Of a stretch of DNA of 53,480 bases, positions 8,741-18,855 are shown in pieces (within the stretch, counting starts at the first letter, position 1; every line of letters begins with the position of its first letter). This DNA comes from a virus (taxonomy: Duplodnaviria; Caudoviricetes): positions 1 to 53,480 of the IMG/VR virus record IMGVR_UViG_3300047557_000938; one strand, given 5' to 3'. The notes below the pieces were generated by a model. The model was not told where the DNA came from. It saw nothing but the letters and a program-made list of their open reading frames with translations, and searched no databases. The position numbers and the translations under genes were made by a program.

Positions 8741-9462
8741 TGCCTACGTTCCGTCATGGCAAGAAGACAGTCGTACTGTTCAATGGCACCGACATGAGCC
8801 CGTTCTTGAACGAGGCGACCGAGACCACTGAGATCGAGACCGCCGAGACCACAGCGTTCGGTGACGGCGATAAGACGTACATCGTCGGCCTCGCCGACGG
8901 CACTATCAGCACTAGCGGCATGTTCGATTCATCGGCTGGCGCAAGTGACCCGGTGCTGCGAGGCATGATCGGTGAGGATGACAACACGTTCACGGTCCTG
9001 CCGGAAGGCGCAACCTCTGGCTCGCGGAGCATCATCGCGAATGGACAACTGACCTCTTACGAGGTGTCAAGTCCCGTGAGTGACGTTGTGGCAATCAGCG
9101 CGGAGATTCAAGCCGACGGTGGCTTGCTGCACGGTGTGGCACTCAACGGGCTCACAAACACCGGGTCCGCATCAGCCACCACCACAGGAGTGAACAACGG
9201 GTCAGCCACAAGTAACGGCGCGCTGTTCAACCTACATGTCACAAGCAACACCCGCAACGGGTCCGCCAGTGTTGTTGTGCAGCACTCCGCTGACAACAGC
9301 ACCTACACGGACCTAGTGGCCTTCACCGCTGTCTCCGCGTCCACCACGGTCGGGGAGTCAATCACCAGCACAGGAACTGTGAACCAGTACCTGCGCACTA
9401 GGAGCACCCTCGCCGGTGCGTCCGGCTCAATCACCTACCACGTATCGGCAGCAAGGAGATAA
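8740..9462 (+). CDS. Tail tube-like protein 1 with C-terminal extension
   Basis: ETAETTAFG, GLADGTIS.SGMFD and TSYEVSSPV shared with next gene. Confidence 0.75.
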   Translation: MPTFRHGKKTVVLFNGTDMSPFLNEATETTEIETAETTAFGDGDKTYIVGLADGTISTSGMFDSSAGASDPVLRGMIGEDDNTFTVLPEGATSGSRSIIANGQLTSYEVSSPVSDVVAISAEIQADGGLLHGVALNGLTNTGSASATTTGVNNGSATSNGALFNLHVTSNTRNGSASVVVQHSADNSTYTDLVAFTAVSASTTVGESITSTGTVNQYLRTRSTLAGASGSITYHVSAARR

Positions 9463-9465
9463 CAA

Positions 9466-9894
9466 ATGCCAACATTCAAGCATGGCAAGAACGCCTACTT
9501 CGCGCTCGACGGCACCGCAGCGTCCCTCGTGAACATCTCAGATGTTCTCAATGAGATCAGCATGCCCCGTGAGATCGAAACGGCTGAGACGACCGCGTTC
9601 GGTTCGGGCGACAAGTCCTACATCAGCGGTCTGGCTGACGCAACCATCTCCCTCTCGGGAATGTTCGACGCCACCACCAACACCCTCATCTCGGGTGACA
9701 TTACCAACCTGAAGACCGGCTCGGTTGCTTCGCTGTCGTTCGAGTACGGGCCGTCAGGCTCTGTCGCGACTAGCCCGAAGTTCACGGGTGAGGCAATCAT
9801 CACGTCCTACGAGGTTTCGAGCCCCGTGGGTGATGTGGTGACGTTCTCGCTCGAGTTGCAGGTTACGGGCGGCGTCACCGCTACAACGTTCTAG
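9466..9894 (+). CDS. Major tail tube protein
   Basis: Tail-tube pattern (FTGEAIITSYEVSSPVGDVVTFSLELQVTG); directly before chaperone and tape measure. Confidence 0.85.
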   Translation: MPTFKHGKNAYFALDGTAASLVNISDVLNEISMPREIETAETTAFGSGDKSYISGLADATISLSGMFDATTNTLISGDITNLKTGSVASLSFEYGPSGSVATSPKFTGEAIITSYEVSSPVGDVVTFSLELQVTGGVTATTF

Positions 9895-9967
9895 TAGATG
9901 CACGATCACCCGGCTCCAATACGGGGGCCGGGTCCACGTCCCCTAGTGGGCCAATCAAAGGAAACTG

Positions 9968-10354
9968 ATGAACCTTAGAGACAAGATCCTCGCGGCGAAG
10001 GACATTCCTTCCGAGAAGTTGCATGTCAAGGAGTGGGGCGTTGATCTGTTAGTGAAAGGCATGAGTGCTGGTGAGCGAATCTCACTCATGCAAGCCGCCT
10101 ACGATCAGAAGACAGGGCAAGTGAATATGGCTGCCGTGTATCCCGATGTTGTGGTGTCGTGCACCTACGACCCCACCTCGGACGAGCCTGTCTTCACAGA
10201 CGCTGACAAAGAAGCCCTCATGGGCAAGTCTTCTGCCGCGATTGAAGCAATCGCAGCGGTTGGACTTCGCCTCTCAGGTATCGGTCAGGAAGAGGAAGAA
10301 GCAGCGGGAAAAGATTCCTCGTCCACCCCGAGCGGCGATTTGTCTTCGAGTTAG
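9968..10354 (+). CDS. Tail assembly chaperone (G)
   Basis: Position before tape measure; ends ...AGKD at slippery site. Confidence 0.85.
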   Translation: MNLRDKILAAKDIPSEKLHVKEWGVDLLVKGMSAGERISLMQAAYDQKTGQVNMAAVYPDVVVSCTYDPTSDEPVFTDADKEALMGKSSAAIEAIAAVGLRLSGIGQEEEEAAGKDSSSTPSGDLSSS

Positions 10355-10506
10355 CGCAACGGCTTGGGAGGACGGTGGCTGAACTCCTGTACGGGTCGGG
10401 CGGTCACCGTCCACTCTCGTCAGACGAAATGACGGAGTGGATCGCACTAGAAAGACTGCGCGTGTGGGAGCACGAGCAGGAGGCGAAGAAGACGAAGCGG
10501 AGGTGA
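10306..10506 (+). CDS. Programmed -1 frameshift extension (GT) of the chaperone
   Basis: G GGA AAA at 10306-10312; -1 frame reads RFLVHPERRFVFELAQRLGRTVAELL...EWIAL to TGA 10506. Confidence 0.85.
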   Translation, partial: GKRFLVHPERRFVFELAQRLGRTVAELLYGSGGHRPLSSDEMTEWIALERLRVWEHEQEAKKTKRR

Positions 10507-10510
10507 GCCC

Positions 10511-13500
10511 ATGGCTGACATGGATGTGACTGCCAAGTTCACCGCTGACATTTCGGACATGAAGTCCAAGATGGACGCTATTGCTAAGGGCATGGACTCC
10601 ATCCGGCGTAACGCCGACAGCACGGGCAAGGGCTTCACGGTTCTTCGCGGCACTATCGCGACCGCGTTCGGTACTGCACTCACGGGCAGCATCACCGCCG
10701 CTACTGGCGCGCTGACGGGCTTCCTTTCGGGCACTATCAGTGCCGCGTCTGAGGCCGCACTCGCGGATCGCCGTATGACTCAAATCGCGTCCTCCATGGG
10801 CATTCTGGAATCGGTGCTGGGTGGCTCCACTCAACGCCTGTCGGACTTCGCGCAGGAAATGCAAGACACGACGGGTGTCTCTGACGAGGTAATCAAACAG
10901 GGTCAGGCCCTTCTCTTGACGTTTGCGAACGTTGCGTCGTCGGCGGGTCAAGTGGGTGGCATGTTTGATAGGGCCACGCAGGCGTCGGTCGATCTGGCGG
11001 CTGCGGGGTTCGGTTCCGTGGACTCCAACGCGAAACAACTGGGTAAAGCCCTGCAAGACCCCATCAAGGGCATCACGGCTCTCACGCGTTCAGGTGTGAC
11101 CTTCACGGCTGCCGAGAAAGAAAAAATCAAGACTCTTGTGGAGTCGGGTAAGACTCTGGAAGCGCAAGAGATGATTATGAAGGCCGTTGAAATGCAGGTG
11201 GGGGGAACGGCGGCTGCTACTGCGACAGGCGCGCAGAAGATGAAGGCCGCGATGGATGACCTTCAAGAGGCTATTGGTACGGCGATCTTCCCCGTCGTGG
11301 ACACAATGGCGAATCAGTTGATTCCCGTTATTCAATCTTTGCAAGCACCCCTGGCAACCGTGGCAGCCGCCGTGGGTGGAGCCATGACGCAAGCCTTCAA
11401 CGCTCTCGCGCCCGTGCTGCCAGTGCTGGCGACCGCTATCGGACAGATCGTTCAAGTTATCGCGGGTGCTTTAGGTCCAGCGATAGCCGCGCTGGCGCCC
11501 GCGTTCATCCCCATCATTGAAGCCTTCCAATACATCGCGGCACAGGTGGGACCACTACTCACGACACTACTCGGAAAGGTGGCGCAAGTTCTCTCGCGGG
11601 TGCTGGGTGCCCTTACACCTTTGTTGAAGCCGCTGACAGATATTTTCATGGGCATCCTGGATGCCGCGTGGCCCATCATCGAGGTTGTTGCGGACACGCT
11701 CCTTATTCTTGTGGATGCATTGACACCTCTGTTGGACGCGGTGATGGTTCTATTGAAGCCCCTAGGCCAACTGATTCAAGTTGTTCTCGCGGCGATCCTG
11801 CCCGTCATCAAACCACTGATGCCTGTCATCGCTGCACTCGCCAACGTGCTTGGCGTGGTGCTTATGAAGGCCGTGGGCCTCATCATGGCGGGGCTCGGCG
11901 GGCTAATCGTGGCCTTGTCTAAGATCGCACCGTTCGTGTTGAAGAACGTCACGAAGCCCGTAGTGAGTGCGTTCTTGAATATGGCAAAGAATGTTGTTGG
12001 TGCTGCCTCCAACATGCTTGGATGGGTGCCAGGTCTTGGTGACTCGTTGAAGACGGCAGAGGCCGCGATCAGCGAGTTCGCAGTCCAGACGGAACGAAGC
12101 ATCGGGCAGGCGGCTGACACCATCGCCACCGAGGGCTCTCGTATCGGCAACGAAATGATCACGCAGGGAACGAACGCGTTGAACGCGGCTGGTCCAAGCC
12201 TCGGCGCGGCTGCAAGCAATCTTGGTAAGTCCGTGGGTGCTCAATACACGGACGCTGTTTCTCGCGCCATGGCTCAAGCACCCGTCGGCCCCCCCGTGCC
12301 AAGCGTGCCGACACCCACACCCGCACCGACACCTTCAGGTACAGGGTCGGGTTCGAAGGAAGCCTCGAAGCAAGAGGAAGAACGACTCAAGAAGATTGAG
12401 AAGTTCGTGGACGGATACAAGAAGGCACTCGAGCGCATGAAGGAAGGCCGCGACGCACTCATGGCCTCGGTCAAGAAGTCCCCGTTCGCTGAAATGCTCG
12501 ACGATCTTGAGCAGTCTGAAATCCAACAGGCGTTTGGGAAGGACGGTGCAGTCGGCACCGTTATCGCATCCTACGATCAACTGTCGAAGGCGATTGACGA
12601 CTTCTATCAGCCTCTGCAGAACGTAAAGCGATTCGGGAAAGAGGCTGCGGCGTCGGCGAGACGGAGTGCCACCGATGCAAAGAACATGCTCTTCGCTGCG
12701 GCACAGACGGCGGCGTCGTTGATGAAGCAACGCGAACTGAACAAGCAGGCGTTGGAGCGTTTGGAGTCTGACTATTCAAGTGCCGTGGATGGGATCAACC
12801 GAACCTACGATGAGTTGGATCGTGCCGCCGCCGCTAACCTGAAGGCCGTTGAAGACAAATGGGCCGCGACGATCCCGGTGCTCGAGCGAGCCTTGGAGAC
12901 AGCCACGGCAGCGTTTGAGAAGGAGAACGACACTCTCCAATCCCTTATCAAGGAACGCGACTCTTACTTGAATCGTGTCGCCGAAGGGTTCCGTTCTTTC
13001 GTGAACGATCTGCGGATCGAGAAGGGCGCGGACCCTGGCGCGGCAAGCCTTCGGGAGGCGCTCGACACTCGCCTGGAAGCGGTGCGGGCTTTCGCCACGA
13101 ACATTCGTGCTCTCGCGGCGCGCGGCTTGGACCCGACCCTTCTGCGCGACTTCGTTTCGGCGGGTGTGTCTACTGCCGGGGACGTTGTCTCTCAACTGGC
13201 CGTGGCATCCGAGGAAGAGATTGCTGGCATCAACGCGGCACAGACGGCGCTCGCCTCAGAGATCGCCTCGTTCCAGTCGTACGCAACTCAACAATGGTTC
13301 GCTGCCGGCATCGCTCAACAGGAGGCGATTGTTGCCCCTCTGGCGGCTGCGAGGGATCAGGCGCAGGCCGCATTGACCTCCGCGAATGTTGCCCGCGCTG
13401 CTGAGATTGCTGCCGCGACGGCTCACGCGGAGGCCTTGCGGGTTCAACGGCAAGCCGCTCTCGATCAGGCGAAGGCGCAATACGAGGCGCAGAAGGCAGC

Positions 13501-14071
13501 CCTCGTGCAGCAGGGCGTGGAGATTGAAACTGCCCTCACGGAGAACGCGAACATGCTGCACGCCGGGATAGCGAATCTGCAGAACACGGTGCCACCTGAG
13601 ATGTTCAAGGCCGGCAAGAAGTCTGTGCGCGAGATGCTCAAGGGCTTCAAGGAGAAGTTCCCCGGCATGTCGGCTGAACTGAATAGGATGATGGACGGCC
13701 TCGCTGCGTCCATGAATCGAACAGCCACCATCACTGTTCGGACGGTCTATGAGGCAGCCAACCTCCCAGGGAGGGCTCTAGGCGGCCCCGTATCCGCGAA
13801 CAAGGCTTATCTCGTGGGCGAACGAGGCCCAGAAGTCTTCGTGCCAGGTTTCGCAGGGAACATCATTCCCAACAATCAACTTGGCACACTCGGCACGATC
13901 CCCGACATGCGTAGCCGTAACGCGATGACCACGGAGCAGGCAGTGAACATCGCCGCAGGCGCCGTACAGATCACCATCAACGGCAGTATGGATGCACGCA
14001 GCAAGGACGAGATCGAAGCGGTCGTGGATGAGGCCCTGTTGAGGCTGGCTCGGGAAATCAGGAGGTCCTAG
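10511..14071 (+). CDS. Tape measure protein
   Basis: 1186 aa, Ala-rich helical repeats, QLGKALQDP motif, C-terminal RALGGPV...VGERGPE. Confidence 0.95.
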   Translation: MADMDVTAKFTADISDMKSKMDAIAKGMDSIRRNADSTGKGFTVLRGTIATAFGTALTGSITAATGALTGFLSGTISAASEAALADRRMTQIASSMGILESVLGGSTQRLSDFAQEMQDTTGVSDEVIKQGQALLLTFANVASSAGQVGGMFDRATQASVDLAAAGFGSVDSNAKQLGKALQDPIKGITALTRSGVTFTAAEKEKIKTLVESGKTLEAQEMIMKAVEMQVGGTAAATATGAQKMKAAMDDLQEAIGTAIFPVVDTMANQLIPVIQSLQAPLATVAAAVGGAMTQAFNALAPVLPVLATAIGQIVQVIAGALGPAIAALAPAFIPIIEAFQYIAAQVGPLLTTLLGKVAQVLSRVLGALTPLLKPLTDIFMGILDAAWPIIEVVADTLLILVDALTPLLDAVMVLLKPLGQLIQVVLAAILPVIKPLMPVIAALANVLGVVLMKAVGLIMAGLGGLIVALSKIAPFVLKNVTKPVVSAFLNMAKNVVGAASNMLGWVPGLGDSLKTAEAAISEFAVQTERSIGQAADTIATEGSRIGNEMITQGTNALNAAGPSLGAAASNLGKSVGAQYTDAVSRAMAQAPVGPPVPSVPTPTPAPTPSGTGSGSKEASKQEEERLKKIEKFVDGYKKALERMKEGRDALMASVKKSPFAEMLDDLEQSEIQQAFGKDGAVGTVIASYDQLSKAIDDFYQPLQNVKRFGKEAAASARRSATDAKNMLFAAAQTAASLMKQRELNKQALERLESDYSSAVDGINRTYDELDRAAAANLKAVEDKWAATIPVLERALETATAAFEKENDTLQSLIKERDSYLNRVAEGFRSFVNDLRIEKGADPGAASLREALDTRLEAVRAFATNIRALAARGLDPTLLRDFVSAGVSTAGDVVSQLAVASEEEIAGINAAQTALASEIASFQSYATQQWFAAGIAQQEAIVAPLAAARDQAQAALTSANVARAAEIAAATAHAEALRVQRQAALDQAKAQYEAQKAALVQQGVEIETALTENANMLHAGIANLQNTVPPEMFKAGKKSVREMLKGFKEKFPGMSAELNRMMDGLAASMNRTATITVRTVYEAANLPGRALGGPVSANKAYLVGERGPEVFVPGFAGNIIPNNQLGTLGTIPDMRSRNAMTTEQAVNIAAGAVQITINGSMDARSKDEIEAVVDEALLRLAREIRRS

Positions 14072-14074
14072 ATC

Positions 14075-15583
14075 ATGGCAGTCGTCACCGTACGCCCAGA
14101 CTCCACACCCACGGGTGCGGCGAACTTCACGATCTTCGGTGGCGCGGCCTCCATCAACGCGGCTCTTTCAGACAACAACGTTGCAACATATGTGAAGAAA
14201 GGCGTCACGGGTAATGGTGCCGTCATTGTGGGTTTCGCAACCACGACCATTTCCGACAACGTGCGCGTGAAACAAGTTCGCATCAGATCCGAGGTTGCTT
14301 GCCCCACGGCCTCGTCTCGACTACGCGTCACTCCGATTGTGCGGATCAACGGTAGGAACTATGTCGGGTCGGCGCAAGTGTTCAATGGTGTGTTTGCCTT
14401 CGACGAATACGAGGGAGCATATTTCAGTACCGCACCGGACGGGCAAGCATGGGATCAAGATCGTATTGACGGCTTGCGGGCACAGATTCAAGACCTGGCC
14501 TCTGGCTCCGACTTGTCGAGCATCTACGAGTTGTTCTTCGACATTGATACCACTACTCAACCGACAGTCTCGGTTGCATCACCCACGGGAACTATTACAA
14601 CAAACTCGCGACCCGAGGTCTCGTGGACGTACTCAGACACGGACGGCACGGAGCAGGACTTCTATCGGATCAAGGTCTACACGCAGAGTCAATACTCGCA
14701 AGGAGGATTCGATCCCTCTTCAACGACCCCCTATTGGGATTCGGGAGTAGTTGCGTCGTCAGACAACACGGCGACGATTGAGGAGTATCTAACTGACGGT
14801 ACATTCCGCGCGTATGTGACTGTCGCCAAGACAGTTTCAGGTGTCCCCTTCTATTCGGCGTACGCGTACTCACAGTTCACAATAAACACAACACCTCCTG
14901 CGACACCGACCATGACGGGCACGTTCGATTCTGTCGACAATCTTGTTCTTATTCAGATCACGGGAACAACCGTTTCGGGTTCATTCGACAGTCAAGTGTT
15001 TCAAGTGCAGCGTTCGGACAACTCCGGCTCCACCTGGGCGGATGTGACGGGCGGTAGTGAGTTAGTTCCATCCGGCACAATCGCGGCCACATTGAACGAC
15101 TACGCGGCTCCCAGGGGCGCGACAGCCTTGTATCGGGTGCGTTCCATTGGCACGCTAGGTGAGAACGAGGTCGCCTCCACTTGGTCCAGCAACGTGAGTG
15201 TTGGGGTGACTAATGACGCCACATGGTGGTTGAAGCCTGTCACGGCTCCCACATTGAATATCGGGGGAGTGAAAGTCCAAGGCGGCTTCGATGTGTCCGT
15301 GGATGAACAGATCGGAGTGTTCCGACCTATTGGGCGGCAGAACGCCGTCACGGTTACTGCGGGCATCCAAGGACAAGACGGCACATTCACCATCGCTACT
15401 ACGGGAGTGTCGGCATTCAACACAACATGGAACACGATCATGCATGAGGGCGTGGTGCTAGTTCAGATTCCAGACGGCACGCAGCGATACATACGAATCA
15501 CGGAGCGCGGCTATCAACGTGGCGGCACGGGAAGTAACCCGTTGAACATAATCCGCGTCTCATATGTTGAGGTGGATGGCTGA
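14075..15583 (+). CDS. Minor tail protein (distal tail-like with beta-sandwich domains)
   Basis: Follows tape measure; Ser/Thr beta-rich; DYAAPRG..YRV and WWLKPV motifs. Confidence 0.7.
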   Translation: MAVVTVRPDSTPTGAANFTIFGGAASINAALSDNNVATYVKKGVTGNGAVIVGFATTTISDNVRVKQVRIRSEVACPTASSRLRVTPIVRINGRNYVGSAQVFNGVFAFDEYEGAYFSTAPDGQAWDQDRIDGLRAQIQDLASGSDLSSIYELFFDIDTTTQPTVSVASPTGTITTNSRPEVSWTYSDTDGTEQDFYRIKVYTQSQYSQGGFDPSSTTPYWDSGVVASSDNTATIEEYLTDGTFRAYVTVAKTVSGVPFYSAYAYSQFTINTTPPATPTMTGTFDSVDNLVLIQITGTTVSGSFDSQVFQVQRSDNSGSTWADVTGGSELVPSGTIAATLNDYAAPRGATALYRVRSIGTLGENEVASTWSSNVSVGVTNDATWWLKPVTAPTLNIGGVKVQGGFDVSVDEQIGVFRPIGRQNAVTVTAGIQGQDGTFTIATTGVSAFNTTWNTIMHEGVVLVQIPDGTQRYIRITERGYQRGGTGSNPLNIIRVSYVEVDG

Positions 15584-16221
15584 TGTACGCGGTTACGCCG
15601 GAGTTCAAGGCTAAAGTTAGACAGCCGCATGCCGCGAGCGTGCGCGCCGAGATTTGGCGCTCTGGGGTGTTCCTTCGTGCGTTAGATGTGATCGACGGGA
15701 GCGTAGATATTGACTCTCGCAGGTCGCAGCGACGCACATGCAGCCTCACGGTGCCAGCAACGAAACCCACGGTGCGTCTACTCCCAGAGTTCCTGACTTA
15801 TCAAGCAATCAGGGGCGCGATTGTTACTTGGGATGCTTCCACCCCAACCTGGGACACAGTAGGCGTCTTCACATGGGATCAGGGCAATAGTGTCGCCAGC
15901 ACCCTTGACGTGCCCACATTTCCAACGTATGCGGATCTTTCTACGGGGTACGAATCGTATGGCGCGATTAGGGAGATCACGGGCTACACGGAAGAGACAG
16001 TGGATGACGGGTTGATCCCGACGAGTCCCTTTTCGGACGTTTCACCTTTCGGCAACGAACTTCGCTTGTGGCGAGGCGTCGAGGTTGAGCGGCCTCTATT
16101 CCGAACCTACGAGTCGATCGCGGGTATCCGAATGACCTGGGATCTTGTTTCAGCATCACTTACTTGGGCCACGGTAGACTCGTTACTAACGTGGGCCGAC
16201 GGCAACGACGTGCCTATCTAG
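15583..16221 (+). CDS. Baseplate hub-like (DUF5047-type) protein, N-terminal half
   Basis: GSVDID...RRTCSLT...LIPTSP...SPFGNELRLWRGV; continues in 17905-18855. Confidence 0.7.
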   Translation: MYAVTPEFKAKVRQPHAASVRAEIWRSGVFLRALDVIDGSVDIDSRRSQRRTCSLTVPATKPTVRLLPEFLTYQAIRGAIVTWDASTPTWDTVGVFTWDQGNSVASTLDVPTFPTYADLSTGYESYGAIREITGYTEETVDDGLIPTSPFSDVSPFGNELRLWRGVEVERPLFRTYESIAGIRMTWDLVSASLTWATVDSLLTWADGNDVPI

Positions 16222-16231
16222 GAGGACACGA

Positions 16232-16396
16232 ATGGCAACGACCGCACAAGGGACGCCCTATGTCACGGGCTCTGACACGATCACGTCCTACCCGACCACG
16301 TCACTCGCGCTCGCGAACCGGGTCGATGACGTGGAGGACATAGCACTCGCCGCCTCTGAGCAAGTCATCAACGGTTTCTTCCTGATTGGAGCATGA
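16232..16396 (+). CDS. Fibre module A gene 1 (54 aa, not in ORF track)
   Basis: AGGAGG RBS; paralog of 19124-19288 (TPYV..SD / LPYP..SD; ends FFLIGA). Confidence 0.7.
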   Translation: MATTAQGTPYVTGSDTITSYPTTSLALANRVDDVEDIALAASEQVINGFFLIGA

Positions 16397-16399
16397 CGC

Positions 16400-16732
16400 A
16401 TGGCAATCGCATACAAAGAGTCTCAAATCCAAGGGTCCGCATCCGTCGGTACGTATGTCACGCTCTACAACACCCCGGCATCGGCAACTGCGGTCGTATC
16501 CACCATCACGATCTGCAACACGGCATCCACAGCGGCGACCTACCGGATGGGTATCGCGGGTTCGGCGTCCACCCCGGGCGACGGGAACTGGATCGCTTAC
16601 GGCTCCACGGTGGGAGCAAACGACACGATTGCTCTCACGCTTGGCATGTCGCTGGCGGCGAGCCGTTTCATTCGGGTGAGCAGTAGCGCATCCACAGTGG
16701 CGTTCTCCGCGTTTGTGAGCGAGATCTCGTAA
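16400..16732 (+). CDS. Fibre module A gene 2
   Basis: Paralog of 19290-19628 (CNTASTAATYR, TVGANDT). Confidence 0.75.
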   Translation: MAIAYKESQIQGSASVGTYVTLYNTPASATAVVSTITICNTASTAATYRMGIAGSASTPGDGNWIAYGSTVGANDTIALTLGMSLAASRFIRVSSSASTVAFSAFVSEIS

Positions 16733-17628
16733 TGCTCACTCATTTCGCTGATCAGACTCTTACGAATCCCCAAAGAGGAAGGTCGTTCACTGCTATCGGA
16801 ACGACAAATGTGCAAGTTGAATATCTTGTGATCGCTGGTGGCGGTGGAGGCGGTGGAGGAGACGGCGGATCTTATGCTGGCGGCGGCGGCGGTGCCGGTG
16901 GTTACCGTTGTAGTGTCGCGGGAGAAACCTCGGGTGGAGGCGTGCCCGCAGAAAACACATTCAGCGCCATAGTTGGTCAAGAATACGCTGTTGTTGTTGG
17001 CGCTGGGGGCGCAGCGGGAAGCGTAAACAACTCTGGCAGCAACGGTGCCTCATCTATCTTCGCAAGCATCACCTCCAAAGGTGGAGGCGGTGGAGGTTCG
17101 CGCGGTTCCAGCGCGACTGCTGCGGCAAAGTCAGGTGGATCTGGTGGCGGAGGAACCGAGATTTACAACACAGGAGGTTCAGGGACATCCGCGCAAGGGT
17201 TTAGTGGTGGAAATGGAACCGCAACAGGTGGCGGCGGCGGTGGAGGAGCAAGCGCGGTAGGCGCTAACGACAACGGCGGAGTCGATGCTGGGGCTAACGG
17301 CGGTGCGGGGCTCAGTTCTTCAATAACTGGGTCGAGTGTTGCTCGAGGCGGCGGCGGAGGAGGGGCTGGATACAGTGCTTATTCAACAGGAGGCACTGGG
17401 GGCGGAGGTAGGGGCGGTTTCAACACAACGGCTGGGGACCCCGGCTCAGCGAACACAGGCGGAGGCGCTGGAGGAAGCCCTCAGGCCACGGCTCAGGCTG
17501 GTGGAAGTGGTGTCGTGATCGTACGTTCTAGGCAGGCAGCAACCGCAACGACGGGCTCTCCAACTACAACAACAAGCGGTGTTTGGACTATTTACACGTT
17601 TACAGGTTCCGGCTCTATCACATGGTAG
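16732..17628 (+). CDS. Glycine-rich tail fibre / receptor-binding protein A
   Basis: EYLVIAGGGGGG...GGSGVVIVR glycine-rich domain. Confidence 0.8.
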   Translation: MLTHFADQTLTNPQRGRSFTAIGTTNVQVEYLVIAGGGGGGGGDGGSYAGGGGGAGGYRCSVAGETSGGGVPAENTFSAIVGQEYAVVVGAGGAAGSVNNSGSNGASSIFASITSKGGGGGGSRGSSATAAAKSGGSGGGGTEIYNTGGSGTSAQGFSGGNGTATGGGGGGGASAVGANDNGGVDAGANGGAGLSSSITGSSVARGGGGGGAGYSAYSTGGTGGGGRGGFNTTAGDPGSANTGGGAGGSPQATAQAGGSGVVIVRSRQAATATTGSPTTTTSGVWTIYTFTGSGSITW

Positions 17629-17637
17629 GGAAATAAC

Positions 17638-17904
17638 ATGGCTCATTTTGCACAGTTAGGTTCAGACGGTAAGACTGTCATGCAGGTGATCGTCGTCAAC
17701 AATGATGCTATTGCTGGCGGCGAATATCCCGAATCTGAGCCAGTTGGTCAAGAGTTCATAGCACGTCTTGGTCTGCATGGAATATGGCTTCAATGTTCAT
17801 ATTCAGGCAGTTTCAGATCGCGATTCCCGGGAGAGGGTTTTTCGTACGACGCTGATCTTGACGAGTTCGTCGCTCCTGTTGTGGAGTCTGAGCCGGAGGC
17901 GTAG
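17638..17904 (+). CDS. Fibre module A gene 4 (fibre-associated small protein)
   Basis: MAHFAQL...WLQCSY...YDADLDEFVAP; paralog of 20494-20742. Confidence 0.75.
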   Translation: MAHFAQLGSDGKTVMQVIVVNNDAIAGGEYPESEPVGQEFIARLGLHGIWLQCSYSGSFRSRFPGEGFSYDADLDEFVAPVVESEPEA

Positions 17905-18855
17905 ATGGCGCTTCCCGATAATCCTGACTACTCCGATTTGACAGCGGAGTTTGACACCTACGGTGCGTTGAAGCAGTCCCTTGGCACCGAGCCATTCATT
18001 GAAGAAGTCCCGCTTGGTGTGTTCGTTATGACCGAAGTGAATGTGCAAGACTCCATCAACGGTGCCACGATGGAGATACAAGGCGTTGATCGGTCCATTC
18101 GCATCGCCAAGTCCCTATGGGTAGACCCGTACCCGATCTCTGCCTCCACGAATCTCGCCACGGCTATCAGCCTGCTCTTGTCGGACAGATGGGCCGAAGT
18201 GGAGACCGATCTGCAAGACACCACACAGACAGTCCCAGCAATCGTGTTGGGTTTACAGTCTGGTGGTTCAGGGCAGGACCCGTGGCAAGATGCATCGAAG
18301 TTGGCTCAAGCGGGCGGATTTGATTTGTATTTTGACGGTGACGGGATCGCCGTTCTTGTGCCTACACCTGACCCGTCCGACCAGTCCCCTGTTGAGGTGT
18401 ACGAGGAAGGCTCCGAGGCGATGGTGCTTGATGTGCGCCGTCGCATCAACACGGATCAAACATTCAACGGTGTCGTGGTGTCTGGTGAGGGAACCAACGT
18501 GACCACTCTTGTACGGGTCGTACAGTTCGATGAGGACCCCGCCTCCCCCACGTACCGTTACGGGGCTTTCGGTGAACGGCCCACGTTTATTAGTAGCCCC
18601 CTGGTCACTACGGAGGCTGATGCGGTCGCGGTGGCTACCGCTCAGTTGTCTAAGTTGAAGGGCGCGGAGGAGAACGTCGAGTGGAATCAAATCTGCGACC
18701 CGTCCCTGGACGCCGGAGATGTTGTTCAAATCTCCAACACGGGCACGCGCCTGGACAAGATTGTTGTTCTGGATAAGGTGACGATTCCTCTTTCACCCGC
18801 GGGAGCGATGAAGGCGACTGCCCGCACGGTCAGGGTTTTGCAGGAGTCGGCATGA
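17905..18855 (+). CDS. Baseplate hub-like protein, C-terminal half
   Basis: EEVPLGVF...GVDRS...YFDGDG...FNGVVVSGE...SPTY..G.FG...DPSLDAGDVV. Confidence 0.75.
   Translation: MALPDNPDYSDLTAEFDTYGALKQSLGTEPFIEEVPLGVFVMTEVNVQDSINGATMEIQGVDRSIRIAKSLWVDPYPISASTNLATAISLLLSDRWAEVETDLQDTTQTVPAIVLGLQSGGSGQDPWQDASKLAQAGGFDLYFDGDGIAVLVPTPDPSDQSPVEVYEEGSEAMVLDVRRRINTDQTFNGVVVSGEGTNVTTLVRVVQFDEDPASPTYRYGAFGERPTFISSPLVTTEADAVAVATAQLSKLKGAEENVEWNQICDPSLDAGDVVQISNTGTRLDKIVVLDKVTIPLSPAGAMKATARTVRVLQESA

Noticed and set aside
16222-17904. Insert in the hub gene as an intron or mobile element
   Set aside because: Filled with intact structural genes; no intron core, homing nuclease, transposase or terminal repeats seen
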